A stretch of DNA of 64,000 bases from NCBI RefSeq assembly GCF_035084215.1, contig NC_090360.1, positions 10,788,001-10,852,000 on the forward strand. The letters run 5' to 3'. The position numbers and the translations under genes are program-made. Source of the stretch: Heptranchias perlo (taxonomy: Eukaryota). Every line of letters starts with the position of its first letter. Within the stretch, counting starts at the first letter, position 1. The notes under the pieces are model-generated. The model made no database searches. It saw nothing but the letters and a program-made list of their open reading frames with translations, and had not been told where the DNA came from. Shown here piece by piece: positions 1 through 13,600 of the stretch.

Positions 1-159
1 AAATATATAGTTTTGTTTGGGACATTATTCAGAATTGCTGCTACTGACTTTTGCCTGCTTTCCTTGCCTCACACCCCAGTTGTAGTATTGTACAATACTA
101 GTTTGTAGTATTCCAGACTACAAACTTCTAGATGGGGGTTCCACACCGTTCGTCAAGAA

Positions 160-270
160 GCAGGAAAGGAAGAACTTGCATTTTTTAGTGCATTTCACGA
201 CCTGTGGTCGTCCTAAAGCGCTTTGCAGCCAATGAAGCACTTTTTGCGGTGTCGTCATTGTTGTAATGGA
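160..270 (-). mobile_element. DeuSINE (SacSINE1/AmnSINE-like) 3' fragment
   Basis: 'aacttgcattt...ctaaagcgctttgcagccaatgaag...tcattgttgtaatg' resembles the reverse-complemented SINE 3' tail and is related to 22330-22580. Family assigned from recall. Confidence 0.6.
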
Positions 271-589
271 CATTCGCATTGATTCCATTAGTGTTTTTAA
301 TTGTATGTAGGGTCAAACAAAATTAACTTCTAACTCAAATTTATTTAAATAGTCAAGGAAATCCATCCACTGTATTCATTTAGCTGACTAAACTCACTTA
401 ATCTAATACCCTGTCTACGCTGCTGATTGGAGACTGAAGCGGACTTGACAACTTTTTACAAATTTGTCCTCCAGTCATGTTGCTGTGTCTGATACTGGCA
501 CATCACCACACACTTAACATTGCCATTTGTGAATTCCTAATTTTGCATTTAGTTGTCTACAGAGCCAGCAATTGAAACTAAGCATGTCT

Positions 590-2152
590 GATGAATGTTA
601 CAAATTAAATACTAAATAATTACTTTGCCTCAGTTTTCACAGAGGAGATGGATACTGGGATTATGGGTGTGGAAAAGTTAGTGGAGGCTATTAATAGTTT
701 TTTTAAAAAAAGACACTCAGTACCAATGAAGTTACCAAACTTAAGGAAGACAAATCACTGAATATTCTGAGGGAAACTAGAGAACCAATAGCAGGGGCTC
801 TGACTATTTTTTTCCAAAATTCTGTGCAATGGAAAGTTTGTGCCAGACGACTGGAGGGTGGAAAATGTCACTCCCTTCTTTGAAGTGACGGATAAGACAA
901 GAAATTGCAGCCCAAATAGACTTTCTTCGATTGGTGGTAGACTACAACCATCCATAATATGGGATAATATTACTAGGCACTTGGGGAAAGGTCAGTTAAT
1001 CAGGGTCAGGTGCATAGATTTTTAAAAGACAGATTGTATTTGACCAAGCTTATTGAATTGTTCGAAGGAATAATGGAGAGGAAAGACAAAGGAAATGGAA
1101 TAGATGTGGCTTATATCGATTTTCAAAAAAATATTTGATCAGATAGCATAAAAGGCACTTCTGTCTAAGATAATGGCACATGGAATTAAGGGAAATGTGT
1201 ACACATGGTTGCAAGGTAGTTGAAGGACAGAAAGCAAAGGGGAGATGGAAGTTTCTCATAAGAAGTGTTCTGTTGGGTCTGTGTTGGGCTTCTCTTATTT
1301 CCTATATACAACTAAATGATTTGGACTTGAGAATTAAGGGAGCAATATCAAAATTGGCTGATTGAGTGGGGGAGGGGTATGGCAAATTGTAATGAGAATT
1401 GTGAAAGACTACAGGAGGACATAGAATAGTAGAATGGGCAGGTGCAGTTCAATGTAGGGAAACGTGAAGTAATACATTTTGCATGTAGGAGTAGAGGAAG
1501 TAAATACATCTTAAATAGAGTAGAGAAGCAGAGGGATATTGGTGAGCAGATACACCTATTGTTGAATGTAGCAGCACAAGTCGATAAGGCCATAAAATAG
1601 GTAAACCGAATCCTTTTTTTTAATCTAGAGATATAGAATGGAAAATCAAGGAGGTAATGTTAAATGTGCAAGTCTTTAGTTGGGTTACAGTTGGAGTACT
1701 GTATGAGGTTTTGGGCTCTGAAGTATCGGAAGGATAGAAAAGTAATGGAAAAAGGTGCAGTGCAGATTCACCAGGATGTTACCTGGGAGGAGGGGTTACA
1801 ATTATGAAGAGGGACTTGAGAAGCTCGGACGCTTTTTTTTACTCAACCCGAGAAGGTTAAGGGGTTCACTGATACTGATCTTTGAGATTATGAAGGATAG
1901 ACTGTTTCGCTGGTTGGTAATGGGGGGTAAATTAAAGATGAGGTTAGAACATTTCATTTGTTTTACACAGGGTGGTTAGAATGTGGAATTCTTTGCCAAA
2001 AACTATTGTTGAAATAGAGTCCTTTTAAATTAGATAGTTGCTTGAAAAAGAAGAAAGTGGTATGGGGATTGAGCAGGACAGAGTGCGGGGGAAAAAATTG
2101 CACAAACTTGATGGGCCAAATGGCCTGTTTCTGTCTTGTAACATTCTATGAA
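590..2152 (+). mobile_element. Degenerate CR1 LINE ORF2 (RT) plus 3' tail
   Basis: Fragmented peptides PDDWRVENVTPFF, DVAYIDFQK, INDLD-like, QCRFTRMLPG..YEEGLEKLG, CFTQG. Ends in CR1 tail 'gatgggccaaatggcctgtttctgt...attctatga'. Confidence 0.9.
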
Positions 2153-2190
2153 ACCGACAATGAGGAAGCATCACTGGACATAGGTAAAGA

Positions 2191-2329
2191 GGCCAAATTT
2201 CTCATTGAAATCTCATGTGCATATGGTTGAACCAATGTATTTGAAGTCTCTGGCCCACTTATGCAGATGGAATCTGACTGCCTCATTTATAGTGGCAAAC
2301 GGCAGATAAACTAGCGAGAGTAATTGGCC
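2191..2329. mobile_element. Small MITE-like element
   Basis: Imperfect terminal inverted repeats ggccaaatttctc / gagagtaattggcc. Confidence 0.4.
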
Positions 2330-3212
2330 GATTCAGCTCGCATTTTTAGTCACTATAAATATTGTCAACTGAGAGAACTTGGAACAGCTGAGCCTGGCCT
2401 TTGCGCCTAGGTTTTGTTCTATTCTGAATTTCGTAAATACAGAGTTCCCTCCAGTAAAGATGTTGGCAGGCTCCAAACACCAACACATTGCAGTGAATCA
2501 ATATGGCCACCTGCCTGCCTTTTACCCCTTTCTTCAGTCCTGGCTGTAGTTGATTCAGTCTCAACAACCTTGTAAGTTGTTCCTAAAAGAAACCATTTAG
2601 GTGAAAAGAAATCTTAGAAAACCGCAGCAGTAACAGCATTTAGCAAGAATACAATATGTTGACGGAAGCAGTTTAAAATTTATTTTTCGTGTTCTTGTGC
2701 TTTTTAAGCATCTGTTACAAGTAGTACTTAAGAGATACAAGATGTCAGGTAGCTGGCATTGGGATCACTTGACGAGCACTGGGACAGAAGTAGGAGGGCA
2801 GCAGAGAGGAAGATAAGTGGTCATTTGAGATTTTATTTTTGCCAGCAGCATGATCTTTTCCCCCCATGGTATAATCGGCCTAGAATCATCAACAGGATTG
2901 TCTCCTGAATGTTGTTGTGATTTGGCTCTTTTCCAAACTTGCAGCTGTTCCACAGTGAAATACGCTGCTCAAACACTGCAAATGAGTTTACTCTGCTCTT
3001 GATGCAGAATAAAAACACAAACTCAACATCTGTGCAAATAGCCTGCTTAAATTGCTGCTGGTTTTCTGTGGGTCTAACTACCCAACTACTTATTTTTATG
3101 AACATTGGTTATGTTCTCATCAAGTCAATAATTTTAGCTTCTTGGACCTGAGTAGGTCACATCTCAATCAGTAAGCAGGAAAAATGGTCACTATTGATTC
3201 ACATACTCTTAT

Positions 3213-3455
3213 TCATGGAATCATACAGTGCAGCAGGAGGCCATTTGGCCCATCATGCCTGTGCTGGCTCTTTGAGGAGCTATCTAATTAGTCCCACTCC
3301 CTGCAACTTTGTCCTTTTTAAGTATATATCCAATTCCTTTTTGAAAGTTCCGATCGAACCTGCTCCCACCACCCTGTCAGGCAGTGCCTTCCAGACCATG
3401 ACAACTCGCTGCGTTAAAAAGAAATTATCCTCATCTCCCTTCTGGTTCTTTTGGT
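3213..3455 (-). mobile_element. CR1 3' end
   Basis: ORF 3280..3474 (-) contains FFLTQRVVMVWKALP...IGTFKKELDIYL, the CR1 ORF2 C-terminus, followed by the 3' tail. Confidence 0.9.
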
Positions 3456-4762
3456 AAACTGAGCCTCCTCCCACCCTACTTCATCTAACCCTATCAGCAT
3501 ATCCTATTAGGTCTGAATATCCAAGCTAAGCCCAATTTGCATCTTGTGTATAATTACAACTTTCCCAATCATTTAATTCATATTTAGATGTAACTTTGCT
3601 GCACTAACATTTCTTTGCCTTGATTTCCATCATGCATTGAAGTAATGTGAGCTTCTTTAAATGTGCTTATTTAACCCTAGAATATGTGTGTGAGTGGCTG
3701 CTTAATGCTGTCTAACCCTATAAGTTTCATATTTTCTTTCAGGTGTATTAAGTAATGAGATCTGCGGGATAAAATAAAAATAGTCTTTGCACACATATGC
3801 TTTTAGAACAATAACATGCAGCTCAATTTTATTTATGGTTTAATTGATTGAGATTTTCCTGGCTCAGACACAAGAAATCCCAATTACATCAGGTGCACAA
3901 GTAAGAGAGATCCAGCTGAGGAGAGGTGTTTGTGTGCTGAATCAGGAGTCACCCAAGAGCACGTTATACCTCCTTATTCAGCTCTCTTATAGACCAGGTA
4001 GACCAGGACGGCCGTTATAATGCAGACACTAAAGTTTTGTTCATTTAAAGTTGCATACCTTCCCAAATTAACCTGATTTTTTTTTGGATCTTTTAGTTTA
4101 AAAAGTAAATATCTGCTCAGTTGGCCAGAGCACTGTAAGGGACTACAGATCAGCAGTTGAACCTGAGACACTCCTGTTGTGCATGTGCCAGTACCACACC
4201 TCTGTCTCCATTGGATTTACCCATTGAATCATCAAAGGGAGTAACTGTATTCTTTCAATCAATGCCCAAGATTTATATCTTGGGAATTTCAGCTAAGCTA
4301 CACAACCTCTTCTTTTATGTGGAGATCAAATAATTATTGTACACTGGCTTCAGAAAGCATATTTAATACTTAAACCAGCCCCTCTGTTCCTCCCCTCCCT
4401 CTTATTAAGAAGGATATATTCCAGGCAGTTGCAATAGTTTTTTGTTGCCTCGAATGGCCATCATGCGAGATCAGGAAATTCTGCCCTCCTACAGTGTGGC
4501 GTGTCTCTAGCTGTGAATATTAAACTTACTGATGTCAGGGCTGGTGTGAATTCTCCAGGCTGCTGTGATGCTGCTATTCAGCACAGGTGCCTGGAGATTC
4601 GGGGTTGAGACTCCTTTCCAAACACCAGACAATCAGTTAGGCCATTTCAAAGCAATTATATGTAACGTATGTTGAGAAACAGACGTTGCTAGATCTGCAC
4701 CCCTTGGATTTTACAACATCTTTGTCGTTTTACTTTTAAAATCTGCGAAAATAGTTTCACAG

Positions 4763-5488
4763 GCCCCAATATTTGCGGGGGGCGGGAGAGGGGATTTTGT
4801 CGTGGCTGGGAAACCCAAGAAATGCGGGTAATGTGGAGTTCTTGCTAAATTTAACGGCAGAACCTTATATGAATTTTTTTTCAACATTTACTGGCCAGCA
4901 GCCAGATTGAGAGGTTGTTTGGCGGGAAGGTCTGCGCTGGAAGACCACAACCGAGGAGGGAGGGAGGGAGGGAAGGAGAGAACGCCGGTTGGGGGCAGAT
5001 CGCAGGGTGCATCGGATTGCGGGTCGGCCTGGAGATCTGGGTGGTGTGGGGGAGTTTGGTGGATCGCGGGAATGGAGGCCAATCGCAGCAGTTTTTCTTT
5101 GCGGGGGGGGGCCTGTGGGAAGTACTCCTGCCCCTCCTGGACCCTAAGCAGTGCTGGAAAGGCGCTTATCTGCTGGATCCAGCCATTCTCTCCTCCCTTC
5201 AGCTGTCGGGTTTCCTCACAGAAACCTAACCCACAGCCGTTAAATGTAAAAGACTGTTAAAATCTGAGGCACGCAGCCTCGTTAACATATTTAAATAACT
5301 GAACCGCCTCTCGAGAGCAGGTTACTCGCTCGCCCCCCTCCCACAACCCACCTCCGTTAAAACCGGAAGTGGCTGCATTCAAGGTGGGTTGGGGACAGGT
5401 TTCAGATTTTTGAAATTTTAACCTCCCCCCCCCCCCCTCCCCCACTGTCCCCCTGTCGTTGGAGGGGGGTGGGGTTTAAAATTCCCCC
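4763..5488. mobile_element. GC-rich non-autonomous DNA-transposon-like element
   Basis: Sharp CpG-rich island in AT-rich DNA with internal inverted segments (gggaaacccaagaaatgcggg / tcgggtttcctcacagaaacc; tttaacggc / gccgttaaa). Shares a motif with 13140-13600. Confidence 0.5.
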
Positions 5489-5489
5489 A

Positions 5490-5790
5490 TAGAGTCCACA
5501 GCACAGCAACAGGCCATTCAGCCTGACTGGTCCATGCCGTCATTCATGCTCCACACGAGCTTCCACCCACCCCTCTTCATCTAATCCACCCACCCCTCTT
5601 CATCTCACTCTATTAGCATATCCTTCTATTCCTTTCTCCCTGATGTGCTTATCTAGCTTCCTCTTAAATGCATCTGTGCTATTCGCCTCAACTACTCCTT
5701 GTGGTAGTTCTTACCACTCTCCTGGGTAAAGAAGTTTCTCCTGAATTCCCTATTGAATGTATTAGTGACTATCTTATATTTATGACCTCT
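5490..5790 (-). mobile_element. CR1-type 3' tail fragment
   Basis: 'acagcacagcaacaggccattcagcc...ttaaatgcatct...gggtaaagaagtttctcctgaattcc'. Contains a small internal 20-bp duplication (ccacccacccctcttcatct x2). Confidence 0.8.
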
Positions 5791-6355
5791 TGGCAGAAAT
5801 TGGATCAGCTAATATGCGTTTTAGGACTGAATTTGTGCTCTTTGATATCGATCACTGATTGCAGTCACTGATTAAACTCGGGGAGAAAGGACGTCAGATT
5901 TGTTTGAAATGAAGCGCATCTAATTCTCATGACTGTGCACAAAGAATAGGTTCCATTTTGAACAATTCATTTCACATCCTGTTTGAGAAGGACAGTTCCG
6001 TGAAGATATAAATGAAACTGGAGGGAAACATCCAGTAGCTGCACCCTGCTACCCATGTAGGATTGGATTTAGAGGAGAAATCTCAACAACTGTAGGTATA
6101 AAATTGGGTTCTTCTAACGCACACATTTTAATTCACTTCTAAATTTTAATGCTATTTTTACAGCTGTTTTTGCAATGACACAACCAATATTGAATTCCAT
6201 CAAATGTCACCTCTGAACATTTTTACATATTCTATAGACTTTTTCTGCTCTAGGACATGCAAATAATATACATTTTGAACCATGTCTGCAGTGGCTGAAT
6301 AACTTGCAAAAAACATCTTGAAATAAGTTGAGAATTACAAAGTTCCGTATAATTT

Positions 6356-6572
6356 AAAGCACAGAAACAGGCCATTCGGCCCAACTGGTCCATCTCAGTG
6401 TTTATGCTCCAGACGAGTCTCCTCCCTCACCTAATCCTATCAGCATATCCCTCTATTCATTTCTCCCTCATGTACTTATTTAGCTTCCCCTTAAATGCAT
6501 CTGTGCTATTCGCCTCAATTACTCCATGTGGTAGCGAGTTCCACATTTTATCCACTCTCTGGGTAAAGAAGT
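6356..6572 (-). mobile_element. CR1-type 3' tail fragment (same subfamily as 5490-5790)
   Basis: Directly alignable by eye with 5490-5740. Confidence 0.8.
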
Positions 6573-7180
6573 TACTATTTACAAAAGAAGCAGTGTCCCT
6601 CTTGAATACCAAATATTGCCAGTTGATGAGGATGGTAAAGGATGAATCAGTCTATCTTGAAAGTTTTACGTTTGTAAGTATGTAGCATTGTCGTCTTCGA
6701 TAATTGGGAGTGCCTCCAGAGTTGCTGATTGGTCAATACTAACCATGTGATCAAGTGGTCAGCTTGGACTAATCACATCCCTCACAATCAATTCCGCAAG
6801 AACAAATAAAGCAGCCTTTTTATTATTTTTGCTCTTTTTTTTATACCCGACTCTCCCATTCTTAAATTAATTACTTTGTTTATTACATTTATTTTTAACT
6901 TTTAAAAATTTTTAGTTGTATTTAGCTTCCTCACTTTTTAGAGTTTTGTTTCTCTTGAGTAGCGAAGTCCTGATCAGCTCTGCTTCCCCATTCTATCCAA
7001 CCCAGATCTCACCTCCCTTCTGAGAGTGAGGGTCCTCCTCTGCTCAGTTACTCTCCTGTCTCCTATCTGAATTTCTTCTCCCATCCCAAGTGTGTTGAAG
7101 GTCCTAGCCTACTCAACCTCTCTCCTCTCCCAACCTAAATCTCCTCTCCTTCCAAATACAATTGCATGCTAAGTTAGCGA

Positions 7181-7350
7181 CCTGCTCAGCCCCTCTGCTC
7201 TTCCTGACTCAATCCTCCCCCCTTCTTTTCTAAGCAGGACTGCAGCCGAGACCCTGCCCTGCTCTGCCTCTCTGCTCTTCCTGACTCAATCCTCCCCCCT
7301 TCTTTTCTAAGCAGGACTGCAGCCGAGACCCTGCCCTGCTCAGCCTCTCT
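7181..7350. repeat. 77-bp tandem duplication (about 2.2 copies)
   Basis: cctgctc.gcc..tctgctcttcctgactcaatcctccc...gcagccgagaccctg begins at 7181 and 7258, with a partial third copy at 7335. Confidence 0.95.
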
Positions 7351-9939
7351 CCTTTTGCTAGGCTGACTCGACACATCTCTTCCTTCCCCTTTTGAGGGCC
7401 TATGCGGAATGGGGGCTGTGACAGGAAACATGGAAGAGTGAATTTAAATAGTAAATAGAACAAATTGATTTATAAAAAGATATGAAGTCAATCGAGGAAA
7501 AAGTAGATTCCAAAGACATAAAGTAAATTGAAAAAATAAATATAGAAAATGAGAGAATTGAACAAAGTATGACAGGCGACTTCTGTTCATGTTATGTTGT
7601 CTTGCGAATGTTGAATGCATCACCAGTTGGGTTACTGTAGGTGTGGGTGTTGTAATATTTTTTAGTTCATAAGTTAACATAACATACCTGGGGTTAAATA
7701 TGTTATAAGGACTTCAATGCAACTGTACAGGGCCTAATTCCTTTCATTAGGAAAGCCTATAAAGTTGGATTGAAATCCTTACAGCTAATGTTATTTTCAT
7801 ATTTAAAATATCTGTAACCCTTTCAGGAGAAGTTAATTTTGGCTTGAAAGGTAGGATTGCAGAGGCTCCAAAATACTGTAAAACGCCCCAAATAAGCAAT
7901 GTTTTCTTGGGCAGGGGGAGGCATGGCCCAACCCCTGCTAGAAAATAAAGCCTTAAGCGCATATATCTTTCATAATTTCAAAATCTACCACAACTGTAAA
8001 CTGCACTTTTGTGTACATCAGTTTTTTTTGCCTGCAATAAAAGTGGTGAAATGTTGGATGTGCGTGCAGCTAAATTATGATCAGCTTGTGTTCTGGGCAG
8101 TAGGAATCTCGCCAGTTACTTTACACTGTGACATGGCCCGGACAAAAAATGAAAACCATGCATTGAAAATCCAAATTAATTGAACTCGTGTGTGGTGACA
8201 TCACTAAAAGAGCGACATCGTTCACTTGTGCTGATGCAGTGACAGGAGAGGCAAAATTGATGGTGTTCCAAGGCTTCTAAACTGGGCAATGATTCTTTTG
8301 GATACAGAGTCAATGAGACCTCTCTGCTTGGACTGACTGAGTGAGAGAAGCAGGTGGAGGGTGGAAAGCTGAGAGGGGTTGATTAACGGGTGGATATTAT
8401 ACAGCGGCCAAAAACTGCAATGAGAAACAAGAGAATGACTAAGAGAGAGCAAATGATGATTTGTAAAAAAAACTCACGAGTTAAATTAATTTTAAATTTC
8501 CCTGACATAAAGAAGCTGTATATAAGTTTTTATTTTCCATTTGTAACTAAAGAATTGGTTCATTAGTAACTCGGAAGACACACTTTAATTTCATTTGAGT
8601 GACACTCCAGATGTACAATTGTTATATTTTAGTTCAGTTACAGGTAAGAGTGAATAAACAATGATTGACCCTGACTAATTTCATTGATGTGGCACTTACA
8701 TTTTGTAAAACTTCCCCCCCCCCACCCCCCCCCCCCAGGTATTAATGGGTTTCAGCCTGAAATTGCTGATTATTTGTTGAAGTGGAGAGCATGTTTTCTA
8801 CTATATTTTGATTTTCAATTATTTATCATTGCAAGCAAGACTGCAATTATCTCGGCTTCAGACGGTTTCTTGTGGTTTTCCTTTGTTCCCAAATGTAGAA
8901 AGAAAGCTGGAGAAAACCAAAAGACACTTAATAACTCCCCTGTGGGTCAATTAGAAACCTCAGTGCAGTTCTAATCTTTGAATGCACCGTTGTGCAGAAA
9001 CACGTTCAAGTGTTTAAACTTATTTCTTCCTCTTATTTTTCCTTCTGTTCTCTATAATGACGTGTGACCATGGTTTTATAAGGTTATCAGAGCTGAATGA
9101 CCTGCAGCACTTCAGGAAGAATTGGAGTGCAAAGTCACCCATGGCAGTACTGGGCTAAGCTTAAAAGTGGTCTAGGAACATGGAAGAGCAGAGTGATATT
9201 TTCAATGTGTGTAATATTTTAATTTCCACTGATATGAAATATCACCTGCAAGGGTCATAAAAATCCCAACAGTATCCATGGAATAATCTCTTGTACGCTA
9301 ATTAAGTAATTGGGACTTATTATGACAGGACAAGTAATATCCACTTACGGTATCTCCAGTTTTAAATTTTGAACCTGCACATTTTGCACTGTCCTGTTGA
9401 GGAACTAGAATGAATCATCTGATGTGTATAAAAGTAATAACATAAAGTATGGAACAAGAAAAAGCCATTTGGTCCATTAAATTCCTTTCAACTATCCAAT
9501 CTTCACTGTTACGGACACTACCCAACTACTTAATCTCTAACGGGAGGTAAATGATCCCAGATAAAACATTCCACTATAAAACTATATGTCCCTGGTATAG
9601 ATATGATTGTGTATAAATTGAACTTAATGACAATTAGTGCTGATAAGATAAAATTGTGGTGAAGTTGAGAGAAATGCTTCATGTATAAAAGCATGTCCAT
9701 TTATCCGATATCATTAGTAAGATCATGCAATATTCAGATAAACCTTGTTAAATCACTAGTCATCCAAAGTTAACTTTACCACTTTCCTTCCTATACTGAA
9801 GTAATGAGTTAGGTCACTGTGTGCTGCAGCTTAAATCCTTAACATTGCTAATCTATATTTTCTCAAATTATTGATTATTGCTTTGCTAATGTTTTAAGTG
9901 TGTAGAGCTATTATAGAAACAACTTCCTACATTCAGTGA

Positions 9940-10560
9940 CATGGGGAGTACCCCTTCAGGGGTATTCTCAGCACACTGGAATTGATGGGAAATTAGCTAG
10001 CTAGATAAAAAATTGGCTTGCCAGTAGGCAACAGGGGGTGATAAATGAAGCACTATCTTGAGGTCAGTGATAAATGGAGTTCTACAGCAGTGCCTTCTGG
10101 GCATCCTGGATCCTGGTGTTAACATATTGCTAAACAATATGGAGAAGAGTGCGACGAACAATATAACATTTGGTGGCACCAAACTGTGTGTCCCGGTGAC
10201 TAATAAAAGGGAGATTGATAGAATTCTAAGTGGTCTTGATGAATTCAGCAGATGGGCTAAGGAATGGCAAATGGATTTTAATGTAGATAAATAATGCACA
10301 TTGGAGCATAAGGGGTGAAAAGTATTTACACAACAAATGGATGCACAATAGCAATGGCAGAATAGGAGTAACATCTGGGTGTGACTGAAAGTATGAAATA
10401 GTTATTAAAGGATAATCACGCACTTTGAGGACATTTGATTTCGGGTTGTATCAAGTTACTCCAACCCTCTGCTAGTGTATTAGCAAGGCAATTTCTAAAA
10501 TTTTCCATGCACCCTACCTTCAAAAGGATATTGAGGTACTGGAGAAAGAGGAGAGCACAT
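9940..10560 (+). mobile_element. Old CR1 RT fragment
   Basis: ORF 10058..10294: SVINGVLQ..LG...FGGTKL...LDEFSRWAKEWQMDFNVDK, the typical RT 'W..KWQM.FN..KC' region. Confidence 0.85.
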
Positions 10561-11228
10561 ATTTACATTTCTCACTGCTCTTAGCAAAATAAACTGGCAT
10601 TTGGGGAACTCACTTTGTACTTGAGCTGAATTTTCACCAATATTAGCGAAGGGAGGAAAACACCCCAGCTGCTAAGTCAGTTAGCTCCTTTGAAAAAGAG
10701 TTGGATAAATATTTGTTTAAGAATAGAACTGCAAGATATAAACATAAGAATAGACACAAATAATCAAATACTCCTGGGCACATGATTGTTCCTGTGGCAG
10801 TGACCATGTGACCATTCATTCATGGTTTCATCTGCAGAGTGACACTGGTCAAAGCAGAACTGTACCGGGTTGCCCAGTTGTATTAATATCCTGGAGTAAT
10901 GCTCAATTACCTTTTGCAAGAATTGGAGAAATTTGAAAAAGCTTTACCGCCTTGGTGATTAAGCTCTGGTTGGATGCCTCTCTCAGGAAGTTGAGTGGAT
11001 TAGATAGAGTCTGTGACGGGGTGAACAATATTTGGAGGGAAGGAGATGTTAGCCCAAATGGAATAATCGCATGTCACTTTTTTTGTCTTAATGAAAAGGA
11101 AAAATATTGAGTATGATTCTGCCATTTGATGCTGTATATGTTTCAAAGTATATTAAAGGGTTCTAGTGGCAGGTGAATGCTATTGTGCCAACTATTTTTT
11201 GGTTAGCCAATCATTTATTAAACTTGTT

Positions 11229-11326
11229 GGCTGAGATTTTCCATTTTCGTATTATTTTAACACAGGCGTTAATCCAAAAATGGATTAATGTGGGTGTTAA
11301 AGTAATACCCATTGGAAAATCTAGGC
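11229..11326. mobile_element. Palindromic MITE-like hairpin
   Basis: agattttcca..tattattttaacac..cgttaatcca-aaaa-tggattaatg..gtgttaaagtaata..tggaaaatct forms a near-full-length inverted repeat. Confidence 0.7.
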
Positions 11327-11403
11327 TGCAGTGACTTGAAGACTCAGTCACTTAGTGATTTGGTCATGGAATAGGAAGAAGAGGGAATTTGATAAGATTA
11401 ATG

Positions 11404-11548
11404 AGAGGTAATTTTGATTATGAGCAATAGTGTAAAACGGGCAATCTTGGATCAGCCAGATGGAAATGGAAATCGGGAGAGATGTATAACTGGCAGCTGA
11501 TCCAATATTGCCTGTTTTACACCATTGTCCAAAGTCAAAATTACCCCC
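11404..11548. mobile_element. MITE with about 52-bp imperfect terminal inverted repeats
   Basis: Left arm gaggtaattttgattatgagcaatagtgtaaaacgggcaatcttggatcagc. Reverse complement of the right arm: gggggtaattttgactttggacaatggtgtaaaacaggcaatattggatcagc. Confidence 0.8.
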
Positions 11549-12444
11549 ATGATCTTAATTTTTAGAATGTAATTTTTGGTCTTGGCTTTATAAGACTGGA
11601 GTTGATCTCGAACATAGCATGTTAAATTGAAATATAAGTGAATTAAAATGGTTTTGACAGTTGCATTTTGCAATCATAAATGGGATTTAATCTAGTCACG
11701 GATAATTTTAAGTGGCTTCCACTGAATCTGATTTATATTCAAATCCTTTATCTTTTCTCATCTTGTATATCCTTTAACTGGGCTAACCCATAGAATTGGT
11801 CAGTTCAGCACTTGGCTAAATTAGGCACAGTCACATTAAAATTTCATATTTTCTTGTATGAAAAACTCCAAGCAGGTAACCTGCATATCTGGTTATTAAG
11901 TATTAATTTAATTTTTTTGGATTCCTTAATTCTGTTGGAAATGAAACACTGCCATGATTATTGTGCAGTAGATTGCAAGGTAATGTTCCACTGAGTACAA
12001 AATGACCTGTTAGTTGTTGAAAATATTCCTTCAAGGTAGTTTAGTTTAGCTGAAACAGACAGTTTCAACCTGGTCCTGTCAGTGAGAAGAGGAGGGGCCA
12101 TGAATAATAATGATAATTAATGAACCAAACAATGGATGGTTACAATGAAGTATTAAGATGCTGATACAAAAAGAGAATAACAATATTATGTTAATGTTGT
12201 TAGAGTTTTTAGGAACAGGAAAAGGTTGTTGAGACTGGCCCTTTTGATTGGCATCAATTCCACTTACTGCCATTTCACTAGTCTTCTCAAGCTCTTCAGT
12301 CTCCATAATCAAATCCGATTGCCTCTTGAACCCAGTTATAGGGTTTGGGATAGATTTTCTTTTTTACTACCTGTGTGTTAATCATGGTCTGTGGCTGGCA
12401 GGATCGAATGCTTGTAACAGACCTTATCTGATTTTTCCTTCTAT

Positions 12445-12612
12445 TTTTCCTTCTAGAAGTAAAGGGAATTAGGGGTTACGGGGAGCGGGCAGGAAATTGG
12501 ACATGAATTCAGATTTGAGATTAGGATCAGATCAGCCATGATCTTATTGAATGGCGGAGCAGGCTCGAGGGGCCGATTGGCCTACTCCAGCTCCTATTTC
12601 TTATGTTCTTAT
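12445..12612 (+). mobile_element. Young CR1 3' tail
   Basis: Near-identical reverse complement of 39870-40035. Ends in (TTCTTATG)n 8-mer tail. Confidence 0.9.
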
Positions 12613-13139
12613 TTAAATGAATGGAAGGAAAATCGAGCAGGTTCTGTTACAGGCAGGCAATCCTCCCTGTCTGATTTTTTTTCCCTCTGTGCTCCACCTA
12701 GGTAATGCCCTACCCCTCTGTTTGACTAGCCACTGCTAACTTATTCCATAAATCTATTGCCCTTTGGGTGAAAACATTGTGCCTGACTTCACTTCTTGCT
12801 CCTCCTATAGGATTCATTTACCATAATCAATATGTACTTTGGGAAAACAATTAACCTGAAAGTCCCAAAAGTCCCATGGTGTAAAATCCTAGAGAATCTC
12901 CAAACCCTTTGAATTCTCATTACAGTAATCTCTCAAGGACATCTGACACAACTGATGCGTCAGTGAGCAATCTGCGTACATAAAGATTTCAGTTTTGGAA
13001 CAAGTTTTCTTGAGATTGTTTAGGTCGGACACAAAACCTGGATTAATGTTGTCCTGAGAGAGACCAACAGACACATGCTCTAATTTATATACAAAGCCCT
13101 GCAGTAGAACCAACAGATATTGATGAAGAAAATCGTTTT

Positions 13140-13600
13140 ATTTTTATTGCTAAGACCATTGGGGAGACTTTCGGGATGGGGGTAGGTATTGAGAATGGGC
13201 TGTCGGCGAGCCAGAAAATTTTTGTGGGGCTGGGAGGAGCACTTCGCTCCTGCTGGTCCCACAAAAATCCTTATTAAAAAAAAAGATCACCAGTTAGGCC
13301 TCTCGAGGCCGAGAGATAGTAAGCCTGGAATGCTTCACCCATTTCTCCCTGAAAGTTGCAATCGGTGACCTATAATGGTTGTCAGACTCTGATTTGCATT
13401 TTTAAACAGCCTCCTGCCGGACGGGAATGCTGGTCTCCCATTTAAAGGCCTGCCTGAAAGTTGATTCAGGTGAGAAAATGGATGCACAAGGTCCCCAGCA
13501 GATATTCGACAGTTGCTTTTCAGGCGAGAAACTGATGGCTGGCAATTGAAGGTCTCCCTGCCTCTCCACGGATGTGAAGTTTCTGCAAAAGATCAAAATA
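13140..13600. mobile_element. GC-rich non-autonomous DNA-transposon-like remnant
   Basis: Shares the motif 'gtggggctgggaggagcac..ctcctgctggtcccaca' style with 5110-5150, and is CpG-rich. Boundaries are approximate. Confidence 0.4.

Noticed and set aside
4763-5488. CpG-island promoter with GC-rich ORFs
   Set aside because: Sharp boundaries, internal inverted repeats and related segments elsewhere in the window favour a transposon. The ORFs are low-complexity.
8633-8649. 11-nt micro-exon (ttttag|TTCAGTTACAG|gtaaga)
   Set aside because: The donor is good but the acceptor is weak and the length is not frame-preserving. Such matches are expected by chance in 64 kb.
8713-8736. Poly-C tract as a G-quadruplex regulatory element (also about 5425 and 30366)
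   Set aside because: These are simple homopolymer runs with no supporting context, and lengths are prone to sequencing error.
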